64,000 nucleotides of DNA. Source: a bacterium (GTDB taxonomy: Bacteria; UBA8248). The stretch covers positions 1-64,000 of the forward strand of contig CBDBZY010000024.1 in NCBI GenBank assembly GCA_965213685.1, given 5' to 3'. A program made the position numbers and the translations under genes. Shown in pieces: positions 11,907 through 21,299 of the stretch (within the stretch, counting starts at the first letter, position 1; every line of letters starts with the position of its first letter). The notes beneath the pieces were generated by a model that saw only the letters and a program-made list of their open reading frames with translations, did no database searches and was not told where the DNA came from.

Positions 11907-12926
11907 CTAGATCGTGCGGCCGACGGCCTCTGCGAACACCCGCAGCTCCTGCACCAGGGAGGCGAACTTCTCAGGCTTCAGCGATTGCGGCCCATCGCTC
12001 ATCGCCTTCTCGGGCTCGGGGTGCATCTCGAGCATCAGGCCGTCGGCCCCGACCGCCACGGCCGCCTTCGCCAGGGGCGCGACGAACCGCCAGGCGCCCG
12101 CCGCGTGGCTCGGGTCCACCACGACCGGCAAATGCGTCTGCTCCTTCAGCACGGGCACGGCGCTGATGTCCAGCGTGTTGCGCGTGGCCGTCTCGAACGT
12201 CCGTATCCCCCTCTCGCACAGCACGATGTTCGGGTTCCCCTGGCTCAGGATGTATTCGGCCGACATCAGGAACTCCTCTATCGTCGTGGACATGCCGCGC
12301 TTCAGGAAAACGGTCTTGTCGGTCTTGCCCACCTTTTTCAGCAAAGAGAAGTTCTGCACGTTGCGCGCGCCGATTTGCAGCACGTCCGCATAGGCGCGGC
12401 ACACCGCGATGTCCTCGGAGTCCATCACCTCCGTCTGGATGGGGAGACCCGTCCTCTCGCGCGCCTCGGCGAGGAGCTTGAGCCCCTCCTCCTCCATGCC
12501 CTGGAAGCTGTATGGCGACGTGCGCGGCTTATAGGCCCCGCCCCGGAGGACGTGGCCGCCGCCCGCCTTCACGATCTCGGCGGACTGCATGATCTGCTCC
12601 TTGTTCTCCACGGAGCACGGCCCGCCGATGATGACGATTTTCTTGCCGCCAATCTCCACGCCCCGGCCCATCGGCACCTGGCTGCGCTCGGGCCGCCCCT
12701 CCGCACTGGCCAGCTTGAACGGCTTGAGAATGGGCATCACGTTTTCCACGCCGTTGAGCGAGGCGAGCGCCTCGAGCATGTACTTGCCGCGCTCATCCCC
12801 GATGGCGCCAATCACCGTGCGCTCCACGCCCTTCATGACGTGCTCCGCGTAGCCCAGCTCGTTGATGCTCCGGACGGCGTTTTCCACTTCCCCCTCGGTC
12901 GCGTTGCGCTTCATCACGATAATCAA
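11907..12926 (-). CDS. aroF: 3-deoxy-7-phosphoheptulonate synthase, type I-beta with N-terminal regulatory domain
   Basis: [44 protein letters not shown]. Confidence 0.95.
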   Translation of the reverse strand: MIIVMKRNATEGEVENAVRSINELGYAEHVMKGVERTVIGAIGDERGKYMLEALASLNGVENVMPILKPFKLASAEGRPERSQVPMGRGVEIGGKKIVIIGGPCSVENKEQIMQSAEIVKAGGGHVLRGGAYKPRTSPYSFQGMEEEGLKLLAEARERTGLPIQTEVMDSEDIAVCRAYADVLQIGARNVQNFSLLKKVGKTDKTVFLKRGMSTTIEEFLMSAEYILSQGNPNIVLCERGIRTFETATRNTLDISAVPVLKEQTHLPVVVDPSHAAGAWRFVAPLAKAAVAVGADGLMLEMHPEPEKAMSDGPQSLKPEKFASLVQELRVFAEAVGRTI

Positions 12927-12977
12927 AACTTCTCTCCTTCTTCCCGGGATTCCCCCGGTGTTTTCAGCGTGGTTTCC

Positions 12978-13178
12978 AAAAAAAAAATCGCCGCGAGGTC
13001 GCCCCCCGGCGGATGCTGGTTCCGTCTATCGTCCGCGGCGGCCAGGCTGTCCGCCCGCCCGCCGTCCGTTCGATTACAAGACGGCGGGCGGACGGACGGT
13101 GGTAAAGCCGAAGCGGAAGCTCCCCCCGCCAGGCATCAGCCGCGTCCACATCGCGTCCGCCCCCATCGCTTCCTTCAT
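12978..13178 (-). promoter_or_regulatory. candidate leader-peptide attenuator of aroF
   Basis: Short ORF 13151-13074 (MWTRLMPGGGSFRFGFTTVRPPAVL), overlapping inverted repeats, GC hairpin plus U10 at 13011-12978. Confidence 0.6.
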
Positions 13179-13353
13179 TCACCAACCCCCCAACCCATTG
13201 ACCACACCGTCAACCAAGCCCCGCAAAGCCTTATCCTCTCATCCACTCCCAGCGACCCATCATCCGCCCTGCAGGATCGGCGAAAAGGCGACCTCCGATA
13301 TAATCCCGCGAGTGCGGCTGCGTCAACCCCCTCCGGGTGCGGAGATTCCCGAA

Positions 13354-14513
13354 TTATTCCATCACCTCGGAAAGCCTCCGCCGCCCCGCTCCCGATGGCC
13401 TCAGGAGCCTGCCTCCCAGCACCACGTGCGTCGCCTCCAGCATCCGGTTCCCCACGCGCCGCGCTCCGAGGGAGTCCTCAAACACGAACCTGCCCTCCCG
13501 CACCCGGAACACGGCGACGTCGCCCCGCGCCCCCCGCCGCAGCGTCCCCGCCTCGTCCTTCAGGCCAATCCACTCCGCCGCCGTCTGCGTGCTGAGCCGC
13601 ACCACCTCCGAGAGCGGAAAGCCTATCGCCAGAAACTTGCTCATCAGGTTCGGGAAATCATACACCGGCCCGTGGATGCAGTGCGCATGGAGGTCCGTGC
13701 TCAGGTTGCCCGGCATCAGACCCTGTGCCATGGCCTTCTCCAGCACCTCGAAGCTGAAGCTCGAGCGTCCGTGGGCGACGTCGAGCAGCACGCCGGAATC
13801 GCGCGCCTCCCACACGGAGCGGCGCACCCTGCCTCTTTTGTCCAGGATGTTCTCCCGCCGGCCGTGGAAGGCGTGGGTGAGCACGTCCCCCGGCCGAAGC
13901 CGTTTGAGAATGCCGGGCAGGGAGGTCGGCGTGTCCCCCACGTGGGACCATGAGGGGAACCTTCAGAAACTCCGCCGCCTCCAGCGCCGCGTCGAGGGGG
14001 CCGCGCGCCGCTGCGCTCCACCACGTTGTCGCTCAGGCGCACCTTCATGCCGATGAGATACTTTCGATGCGCCTGATAGCACTCCACCGCCCTGTCCACC
14101 CGCAAGGCGCGCATGTCGACGTTCTCTCCGAGACCGTCGATCAGCAGCCCGCCCTCGGAGATGTTCAGATACGCGCGCACCAGAGGCCGGGCCTCCTCCA
14201 GGAACCATTTCTGAAAGCTCGGATACGTCCGCGCCCCGGCACTGCCCGTGTCCACCGCCGCGGTCACGCCGCGCGAGAGCATCGCCGCCTCGAGGTTCAC
14301 GCCGTAATGCGTGATGCCCTCATAGAAGTGGCAGTGGAGGTCCACCAGCCCCGGGGTGACGATCTTCCCCCTCGCGTCCAGGGTGCGCCTGCCCCCCGGC
14401 TCGATGTGGGGAGCCACCCCCCGCACGCGCCCGCGGGCGATCTCGACGTCCATGGTCCCCTCGAGTCCCTCGGAGGGGTCGATGACGTATCCGCCGCGAA
14501 TGACAAGGTCCAT
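13354..14513 (-). CDS. amidohydrolase/deacetylase-family metallohydrolase (dihydroorotase-like; frameshift near 13950-13990)
   Basis: TPGLVDLHCH, VDTGSAG, GMKVRLS, PGDVLTHAF, DVAHGRSSF, STDLH. Confidence 0.85.
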
Positions 14514-14699
14514 CCCCTGGAACTCCCCCTCACAGCGAAGCGCGCGCGACAGGCAAAAAAGCGGGCGGGCGCAGGCCTTCCGGAACGGGCGGGACGCATT
14601 GTTCCCCCCAGGAGCGTTGACATGCAACCGCCCCCGGGCGGATCATGGCGTGGAGAAACCGAGAACGCCGTCCCCGCCCCCCACTGCTGGAGCCATGCG

Positions 14700-15872
14700 A
14701 TGAGCCTGCAAACGCAATCCGCGCTTCCCTTCGACCTGGACGATACGCAAAAGATGCTCCGCCAGACCGTACGGGAGCTCTCCGAGCGCCACGTCGCCCC
14801 GCGCGCCGCCGAGATCGACGAGAGGGAGGAATACCCCGAAGACATCTATCAGCTGCAAAAAGACCACGGGTTGCTCGGCATTTTCTTTCCGGAAGAATAC
14901 GGCGGCGGCGGCATGGGCTTCATGGGCGGCTGCATCGCGATTGAGGAGATCGCGCGCGTCTGCTCCAACTCCCCTCTTTTCATCGTCCTCAACATGCTCT
15001 CCAGCCGCATCATCGACCTGAGCGGCACGCAGGAGCAGAAAGAGCATTACATGTCGGGACTGGCGAGCGGGAACCTGCGGGGCGCCTACGCCCTCACGGA
15101 GCCCCACGCGGGCTCCGACGCCGGCAACATCCGCACGCGCGCCGTCCGAGAGGGCGACGAGTGGGTCATCAACGGCACCAAGTGCTTCTGCACGGGGCCC
15201 GACAAGGCGGATTTCATCACCGTCGCCGCCAAAACCGACCCCCATGCGGGCACGCGCGGAATCACCTACTACATCGTTCCCACCGACGCGCCGGGCTTCC
15301 GCATCGCCAAGCACGAGCGCAAGATGGGGATGCGCGGCATCGCCACCTGCATGCTCCACTTCGACAACGTGGCCGTCCCGCTGGAGAACCAAATCGGCGA
15401 GTTGAACCGGGGCTTCCGCTCCGCGATGCTCGGCTTCAACCAGATGCGGCCCGCCATCGGGTCGCGCGCGGTCGGGCTGGCCCAAGGGTGTCTGGACTAC
15501 GCGGCGGGCTACGCCAAGGAGCGCGAGGCCTTCGGCAAGCCCATCGCCCAGCACCAGGCCGTCCAGTTCATGCTCGCCGACATGTTCATGGACATCGAGG
15601 CGTCGAGGCTGCTGGTCTACCGCGCGGCCTCCCTGGTGGACGCGGGACAAATCGGCAAGGAGAACGCCCGATATTTCTCGACGGCCAAGACCTACGCGGC
15701 CGACATGGCGATGAAATGCGCCATAGACAGCATCCAGGTCCTGGGCGGGGCGGGCTACATGAAGGACCACCCGCTCGAGCGGTTCATGCGCGACGCCAAG
15801 CAAATCCAGATCGTCGAGGGGACGAGCCAGATCCAGCGGATCATCATCGCCCGAAACCTGCTCGACCTCTAG
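14700..15872 (+). CDS. acyl-CoA dehydrogenase
   Basis: ALTEPHAGSD, NGTKCF, KMGMRG, REAFGKPI, LGGAGY, QIVEGT. Confidence 0.93.
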   Translation: MSLQTQSALPFDLDDTQKMLRQTVRELSERHVAPRAAEIDEREEYPEDIYQLQKDHGLLGIFFPEEYGGGGMGFMGGCIAIEEIARVCSNSPLFIVLNMLSSRIIDLSGTQEQKEHYMSGLASGNLRGAYALTEPHAGSDAGNIRTRAVREGDEWVINGTKCFCTGPDKADFITVAAKTDPHAGTRGITYYIVPTDAPGFRIAKHERKMGMRGIATCMLHFDNVAVPLENQIGELNRGFRSAMLGFNQMRPAIGSRAVGLAQGCLDYAAGYAKEREAFGKPIAQHQAVQFMLADMFMDIEASRLLVYRAASLVDAGQIGKENARYFSTAKTYAADMAMKCAIDSIQVLGGAGYMKDHPLERFMRDAKQIQIVEGTSQIQRIIIARNLLDL

Positions 15873-15884
15873 GAGCGGTGCGGG

Positions 15885-17054
15885 ATGATGGGGAGAGAAG
15901 CCGGCTCCCGGCGCGCGTTTGCGCTCACGCGAGACCAGCGGAGGCTCGGGGCCGCGATATATGATCTGAGCCGACGCCACGTCGCTCCCCGCGCAGCGGA
16001 AATCGACGCGCGCAGCGCATACCCGGAGGACGTGTTCCAGCTCCTGAAATCCCGCGGCCTGCTCGGCCTCTACATCCCCGAAGCCTACGGCGGCGCGGGC
16101 CTCGGGGTTCTGGAGACGTGCGTCGCCATCGAGGAGATGGCGCGCTTCTGCTCGAACTCTCCCCTGTTCTTCTCCGTCCACCTGCTCGCCACGCGCCCCG
16201 TCGCCGTCGGCGGAACCGAGGCGCAAAAACGCGCCTATCTCGGCGGCGTCGCCCGAGGGGAGATGCGGCCCGCCTTCTCGCTCACGGAGCCGGGCGCGGG
16301 CTCCGACGCCGCGAACATATCGACGACGGCGGTGCGGGACGGGAACTCGTGGGTGCTGAACGGCCAGAAATGCTACTGCACCGGCGCGAGCGTGGCCGAC
16401 TTCATCGTCGTGGCGACGAAGACGGAGCCCGGGAGGGGGGCCAGGGGCATATCCCTCTTCATCGTTCCGGCGGGGGAGTTTCGGGTGGGACGGCATGAAC
16501 GGAAGATGGGGATGCGGGGCATCCCCACGTGCGAGCTGTTTCTGGAGAGAGCGCGCGTCCCCGCCGAAAACATGATCGGGGAGCGGGCGGAAGGGTTCCG
16601 GGTCGCCATGCTCGGGTTCAACCAGGCGCGGCCCGCCATCGGCGCCAGGGGCGTGGGACTGGCGCAGGGGTGTCTCGACCATGCGTCCCGATACGCGAAA
16701 GAGCGGGAGGCCTTCGGAAAGCCCATCGCCCAGCACCAGGCCGTCCAGTTCATGCTCGCCGACATGTTCATGGAGACGGAGGCGGCCCGCATGCTCGTTT
16801 ACCGCGCCGCCGCGATGGTGGATAATGGCTGCTACCACAAAGAGCACGTGCGCTTCATATGCGCCGCGAAATGCTACGCCTCCGACGTCGCCATGAAGGC
16901 CGCCGTGGACGGGGCGCAGGCACTCGGCGGTGCGGGCTGCACGCAAGATCATCCGCTGGAGCGATTCATGAGAGACGCCAAGCAGCTGCAAATCATCGAG
17001 GGAACCAACCAGATTCAGCGCATGGTCATCGCCCGGAACCTGCTGGATGGATGA
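15885..17054 (+). CDS. acyl-CoA dehydrogenase (tandem paralog)
   Basis: SLTEPGAGSD, KMGMRG, REAFGKPI, QIIEGT. Confidence 0.93.
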   Translation: MMGREAGSRRAFALTRDQRRLGAAIYDLSRRHVAPRAAEIDARSAYPEDVFQLLKSRGLLGLYIPEAYGGAGLGVLETCVAIEEMARFCSNSPLFFSVHLLATRPVAVGGTEAQKRAYLGGVARGEMRPAFSLTEPGAGSDAANISTTAVRDGNSWVLNGQKCYCTGASVADFIVVATKTEPGRGARGISLFIVPAGEFRVGRHERKMGMRGIPTCELFLERARVPAENMIGERAEGFRVAMLGFNQARPAIGARGVGLAQGCLDHASRYAKEREAFGKPIAQHQAVQFMLADMFMETEAARMLVYRAAAMVDNGCYHKEHVRFICAAKCYASDVAMKAAVDGAQALGGAGCTQDHPLERFMRDAKQLQIIEGTNQIQRMVIARNLLDG

Positions 17055-17181
17055 TTTCATTTCGGGCGTCAGAGGTTTCATGGCAGGCGTCGGAGATTCC
17101 CCCCCTGCAAGTCGGGAAGGTTGCATCGGGGAGATTGCATGACAGGCCGGACAATTCCATTTCCCGCATCGGAGGCCCCAC

Positions 17182-17790
17182 ATGAGCCGGATGATTGAAA
17201 TCCTGCAGCCCACCTCGTTCGTTCGCGCGGGGGACCACCCTCTGGCGGAGCGGCCCGGAGACCTTGGCGGACTGCGAATCGGCCTGTTCCACAACAACAA
17301 GCCGAACGCCGACGTTCTGCTGGAGCGCATCGAGGAGCTGTTCGCCCAGGCGGACGAAACGCTCCGGTTCGTCCGCTGGGGGAAGCCGAACCCGACCCTG
17401 CCGGAGGGACGCCTCCGGGAGTTCATCGACCAGGTGGACGTAGCCGTCTGCGCGGTGGGCGACTGAGGGAGCTGCACGTCATGGAGTATCCATGACTCGG
17501 TGGAGATGGAGAAGGCGGGGATTCCGACAGCCACGTTTTGCTCCAGCGAATTCTCCGCCCTCGGGGCGAACGAGCGGGTGGCGCTGGGAATGCCCGGTCT
17601 TCCGATCGTCGTCGTGGCACACCCCGTGGGCGGCATTCCGCCCGCGCAGGCGCGCGCCCTCGGAGGCGGGGCGATGGACGAGGTGCGGCGGATACTCACG
17701 GGCGACGCGGAATCGCTGCGAAGCGAATATCGGGATGTCCGCTACACCCCGCCCCGCAAGACGGTGCGCCACAAGGCGCTGTTCGCATAA
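17182..17790 (+). CDS. UGSC-family selenoprotein (Sec encoded by TGA 17464-17466)
   Basis: ORFs 17182-17466 and 17500-17790 share one frame; readthrough gives AVGD-U-GSCTSWSIHDSVEMEKAGIP; N-terminal NNKPNAD motif. Confidence 0.85.
17467..17496 (+). promoter_or_regulatory. candidate bacterial SECIS hairpin
   Basis: Perfect stem gtcatgga/tccatgac (17478-17496) with G-first loop about 20 nt after the in-frame UGA. Confidence 0.65.
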
Positions 17791-17883
17791 TTCGCACAAG
17801 CGGGCGCGGCGGGTGGATTCGGCGGATACGCGCGAACGGCGGCACCAGGAGGGAGCCATGCGCATGGGCAGGGGATTTTTGGC

Positions 17884-18979
17884 ATGAACGGGGGGGGAGG
17901 ACGCCGCTGCGCCGCCGCAGGGGGAGCGCGTGCGGGTTCGCGACGCGCCCGAGGCCGTGGCGCGCCTGTTCGAGGCGAGAGGATGGGGGGACGGCCCTGC
18001 CCGTCGTTCCGCCCACGCCCGAGCGCGTCGCCAGGATGGCGGCAGGCGCGGGCCCTCGCCCCAGACGAGGAAATCGGGCGGATGCCGCCCCGCCAGGGGG
18101 GTGCTCACGGTCGAGGCACTCGCCGTCAACGCCCGTGATGGCCGGCTGCCTGCCGGCGCATATGCCCGTTCTGGCCGCCGCCGCCCGGGCGATGCTCGCC
18201 CCGGAGTTCTCGCTCCACGCCGTTCAGGCGACCACCCATCCGGCAGCGCCCCTGCTCATCGTGAACGGCCCCGCCGCCGGGGAAATCGGCCTCAACGGGG
18301 AATATGGATGCTTCGCCCCCGGAAACCGGGCGAACGCGACCATCGGCCGCGCGGTGCGGCTGCTCCTCCTGAAACGTCGGAGGCGCAAGCCCCGGCGTGC
18401 TGGATTCGCGCCACGCAGGGCTCGCCCGCGAAATACGCATTCTGCATCGCGGAGAGAACGAGGCGGAATCCCCCTGGGAGCCGTTGCACGTCGAACGCGG
18501 GCTCGACCCCGGGGAGAGTGCCGTGACGCTCGTGGCCTGCGAAGGCCCGCACAACATCAACGACCACGTCAGCCACGGCGCGGAGGGCATTCTCGCCACC
18601 GCCGCCGATACGATGTCCGTCATGGGGAGCAACAATTTCTACCTGCGGGGGGAGCCGCTTCTCGCGCTCGGGCCGGGAGCATGCGGCGACGATAGCGGGA
18701 GACGGCCTCTCGAAAGCGGATGTGAAAAAAAAGAATTTTCGCCCTCGCGAGAAAGCCCGTCCGCCAGCTCAGGCGCGGCGGCATGTGGGGAATGCAGACG
18801 TGGGGGCGAGGAGATATCCCCGAAACGAGGGGGATGACGATTACGAGATTCCGCTGCTCGACGGGCCCGAGAACCTGATCCTCATCGTGGCGGGCGGCGC
18901 AGGCAAGCACTCCTCTTATCTGCCCACCTTCGGCCCGACGCGCTCGGTGACCCGCAGGATTGACGCGCCGGACGCATAA
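17884..18979 (+). CDS. conserved partner protein of UGSC-type proteins (function unknown; several frameshifts)
   Basis: Fragments GWGDG.LPVVPPTPERV, QATTHPAAPLLIVNGP, NRANATIGRAVRL, PAKYAFCIAE, ESPWEPLHVERG, IVAGGAGKHS. Confidence 0.7.
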
Positions 18980-19146
18980 TAACCCCCGCCCGCCCGCCGT
19001 CATGAATCCCGCGCCCTCGCGCTGCGTCCAACGCACAACGATCCCCCCGTTTGCGTTGCCTGGGGTTCCGCCCCCGTGCTAGGTTTCATGCGCAGGCTGG
19101 GAGAGATGGCGATTTCTTTCCGATTGAGACGGGGGGAGGAGAATCC

Positions 19147-19548
19147 ATGGGAAAACAGCAAATCGTCTCCGAGAAGGTGAAGCCCGTAGCCGCATACTCC
19201 ACGGGCTGGAAAGTGTCGAACGGGTATCTCGTCATGCTGGCGGGCCAGGTGGCGACCGACGCGGAGGGCCGCACCGTCGGGGGAGGCGACATCAAGGCGC
19301 AGGCCCGGCAGGTGTACGAGAACATCCGGGCGGCGCTCGAGGCGGCGGGCGCCGGGATGGAGGACGTCATCCGGCTCACCGTGTACCTGACGGATCGGGC
19401 GCATTTTCCGGGAAGCGTGGAGGTGCGGCAGACGTATTTCCGCCCCCCCTATCCGGCGAGCACGCTCCTGTTCGTGAGCGGCCTGGCGAACCCGGAGTGG
19501 CTGATAGAGATTGACGCCATCGCCTTCGTGGAAGACGCGGCGTCATGA
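19147..19548 (+). CDS. Rid (YjgF/YER057c/UK114) family protein
   Basis: AGQVA, QARQVYENIRAALEAAGA, YPASTL, LIEIDAIA; stop overlaps yqeB start (ATGA). Confidence 0.88.
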   Translation: MGKQQIVSEKVKPVAAYSTGWKVSNGYLVMLAGQVATDAEGRTVGGGDIKAQARQVYENIRAALEAAGAGMEDVIRLTVYLTDRAHFPGSVEVRQTYFRPPYPASTLLFVSGLANPEWLIEIDAIAFVEDAAS

Positions 19549-20404
19549 AGACGGGAAAGTCGATTTCCGATGCGCTCGTCATCGTCAAGGGAGGCGGCGA
19601 CCTCGCCACCGGCGTGGCCCACCGCCTGCGCCGCTCCGGTTTTCCGGTCATGATCACCGAAATAGAAAACCCCACCATGGTCCGGCGCACCGTCTCCTTC
19701 GCCGAGTGTCTCTACTCCGACGAATGGGAGGTGGAGGGCGTGACTGCCGCGAGGGCGAACGGCGGCGCGCTTGCGGAGAAAATCGCCAACGCCCGCGCCC
19801 TGCTCGCGGCGGGTGCCATTCCGGTGGTGGTGGACCCGCGCGCGGAGTCCGTCCCCCGCGTTCGGCCCGTCGTCCTGGTCGACGCGATTCTGGCGAAGCG
19901 GAACCTCGGCACGCGGATGACGGACGCCGAGGTCGTCGTCGGCCTGGGGCCCGGCTTCGCGGCCGGCGTCGATTGCCACGCCGTCATCGAGACCTCCCGC
20001 GGGCATGACCTGGGCCGGGTGATTCTCGAGGGGGCGGCGAAGCCCGACACGGGCGTGCCGGGAGCCATCGGGGGCTACACCACCGAGCGGCTGCTGCGCG
20101 CCCCCCGGCCCGGCGTATTCCGCTCCATCGCCCGGATCGGCGATGTGGTGCGGGCGGGGCAGGCCATCGCCCGGGTGGACGGGGCGGAGGTGACCGCGCG
20201 CATCGACGGCGTCTTGCGCGGCCTCCTCCGGGGACGGCGTCGAGGTGCGCTCCGGCTTCAAGGTGGGCGACGTCGACCCGAGGGCCGACCCCTCCCCATT
20301 GCATGACGATATCCGACAAGTCGCGCGCCATCGCCGGCGGTGCGCTCGAGGCGATCCTGATGTTCCTGTTCGGCGTTCACTCGGCCATGGAGTATGCGAA
20401 TTGA
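19545..20404 (+). CDS. yqeB: selenium-dependent molybdenum cofactor biosynthesis protein YqeB (two apparent frameshifts near 20230 and 20295)
   Basis: KGGGDLATGVAHRL, VRRTVSF, DAILAKRNLGT, GLGPGF, ETSRGHDLGR, ERLLRAP, GFKVGDVDPR, ISDKSRAIAGG. Confidence 0.9.
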
Positions 20405-21285
20405 ATCCTGAAACGCTCACGGAGACAGTGGAGAACGGCGCCTACCGCATCGGACGCAGCGAAATTCCCGTCAACGAATCCACCGGAAACTCCTTCGTCC
20501 CCCCCGCGCAGTTCTACCTGGCCGCGGGCGACGCGCTCGAGCGCATCTCATGGGCGGTGAGCCAGAACCTGCCCGTTCTGCTCGTGGGAGAAACCGGCGT
20601 CGGCAAGACGCTCTCCGTGCGCCATCTCGCCCACATGACCAACAACGGCTTCCGGCGCGTCAACCTGAACGGCATGACCACGGTCGATGAATTCGTGGGC
20701 AAGCTGATGATCAACGAACAGGGCACATACTGGGTGAACGGCATCCTGGTGGATGCGATGGAGTCAGGCGACTGGCTGCTCATCGACGAGATCAACGCAT
20801 GTCTGCCCGAAATCGCCTTCTGCCTGCACAGCCTGCTCGACGATGACCGGATGATCGTCCTCTCGGAGTATGACGGCCGCATCGTCAGGCCCCACCCGCA
20901 CTTTCGGCTCTTCGCCAGCATGAACCCCCATGAGGATCGCAGGTACGGCGGCACCAAGCCCTTGAACGAGGCGCTTCTGGATCGCTTTCCGGTCACCGTG
21001 AAGATGGACTACCTCCCCTTCGAGGCGGAAGTCGAGGTCATCATGCAACAAAGCGGAAACGGCGACGAGGCGCTGGTCAAGCGCATGGTGCGCGTCGGCC
21101 ATGACGTGCGCGAAGCCATGAAAAACGAAAAGGTGTTCTGCACGTTCAGCACCCGCCGCCTGATAGACTGGGCGCGCATGGCGGCGCAGTTCAGCCCCAT
21201 GGAGGCCGCCGTCTCGACCATATTCAGCAAAGTCAACTCTTTCGACGCCAAGGTGCTCGAGGACATCGTGGACAACCACTTCTAG
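20401..21285 (+). CDS. MoxR-clade AAA+ ATPase, CbbQ/NirQ/NorQ type
   Basis: Walker A GETGVGKT, Walker B LLIDEIN, HPHFRLFASMNP, LNEALLDRF, C-terminal STRRL; TTG start overlaps yqeB stop. Confidence 0.88.
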   Translation: MNPETLTETVENGAYRIGRSEIPVNESTGNSFVPPAQFYLAAGDALERISWAVSQNLPVLLVGETGVGKTLSVRHLAHMTNNGFRRVNLNGMTTVDEFVGKLMINEQGTYWVNGILVDAMESGDWLLIDEINACLPEIAFCLHSLLDDDRMIVLSEYDGRIVRPHPHFRLFASMNPHEDRRYGGTKPLNEALLDRFPVTVKMDYLPFEAEVEVIMQQSGNGDEALVKRMVRVGHDVREAMKNEKVFCTFSTRRLIDWARMAAQFSPMEAAVSTIFSKVNSFDAKVLEDIVDNHF

Positions 21286-21299
21286 CCGGGGGATGCGGC

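Noticed and set aside
13354-14513. Second pyrC
   Set aside because: Motifs fit the deacetylase-type amidohydrolase group; the genuine pyrC is in the pyr operon.
17464-17466. TGA as a true stop or sequencing error
   Set aside because: It falls exactly at the U of a UGSC motif, the frame is preserved and a hairpin follows; local errors are indels rather than substitutions.
14643-17699. 1018-aa minus-strand ORF and other long antisense ORFs (e.g. 48587-50683, 55736-57916, 63114-63896)
   Set aside because: Shadow frames of well-supported opposite-strand genes, expected at high GC; no motifs.
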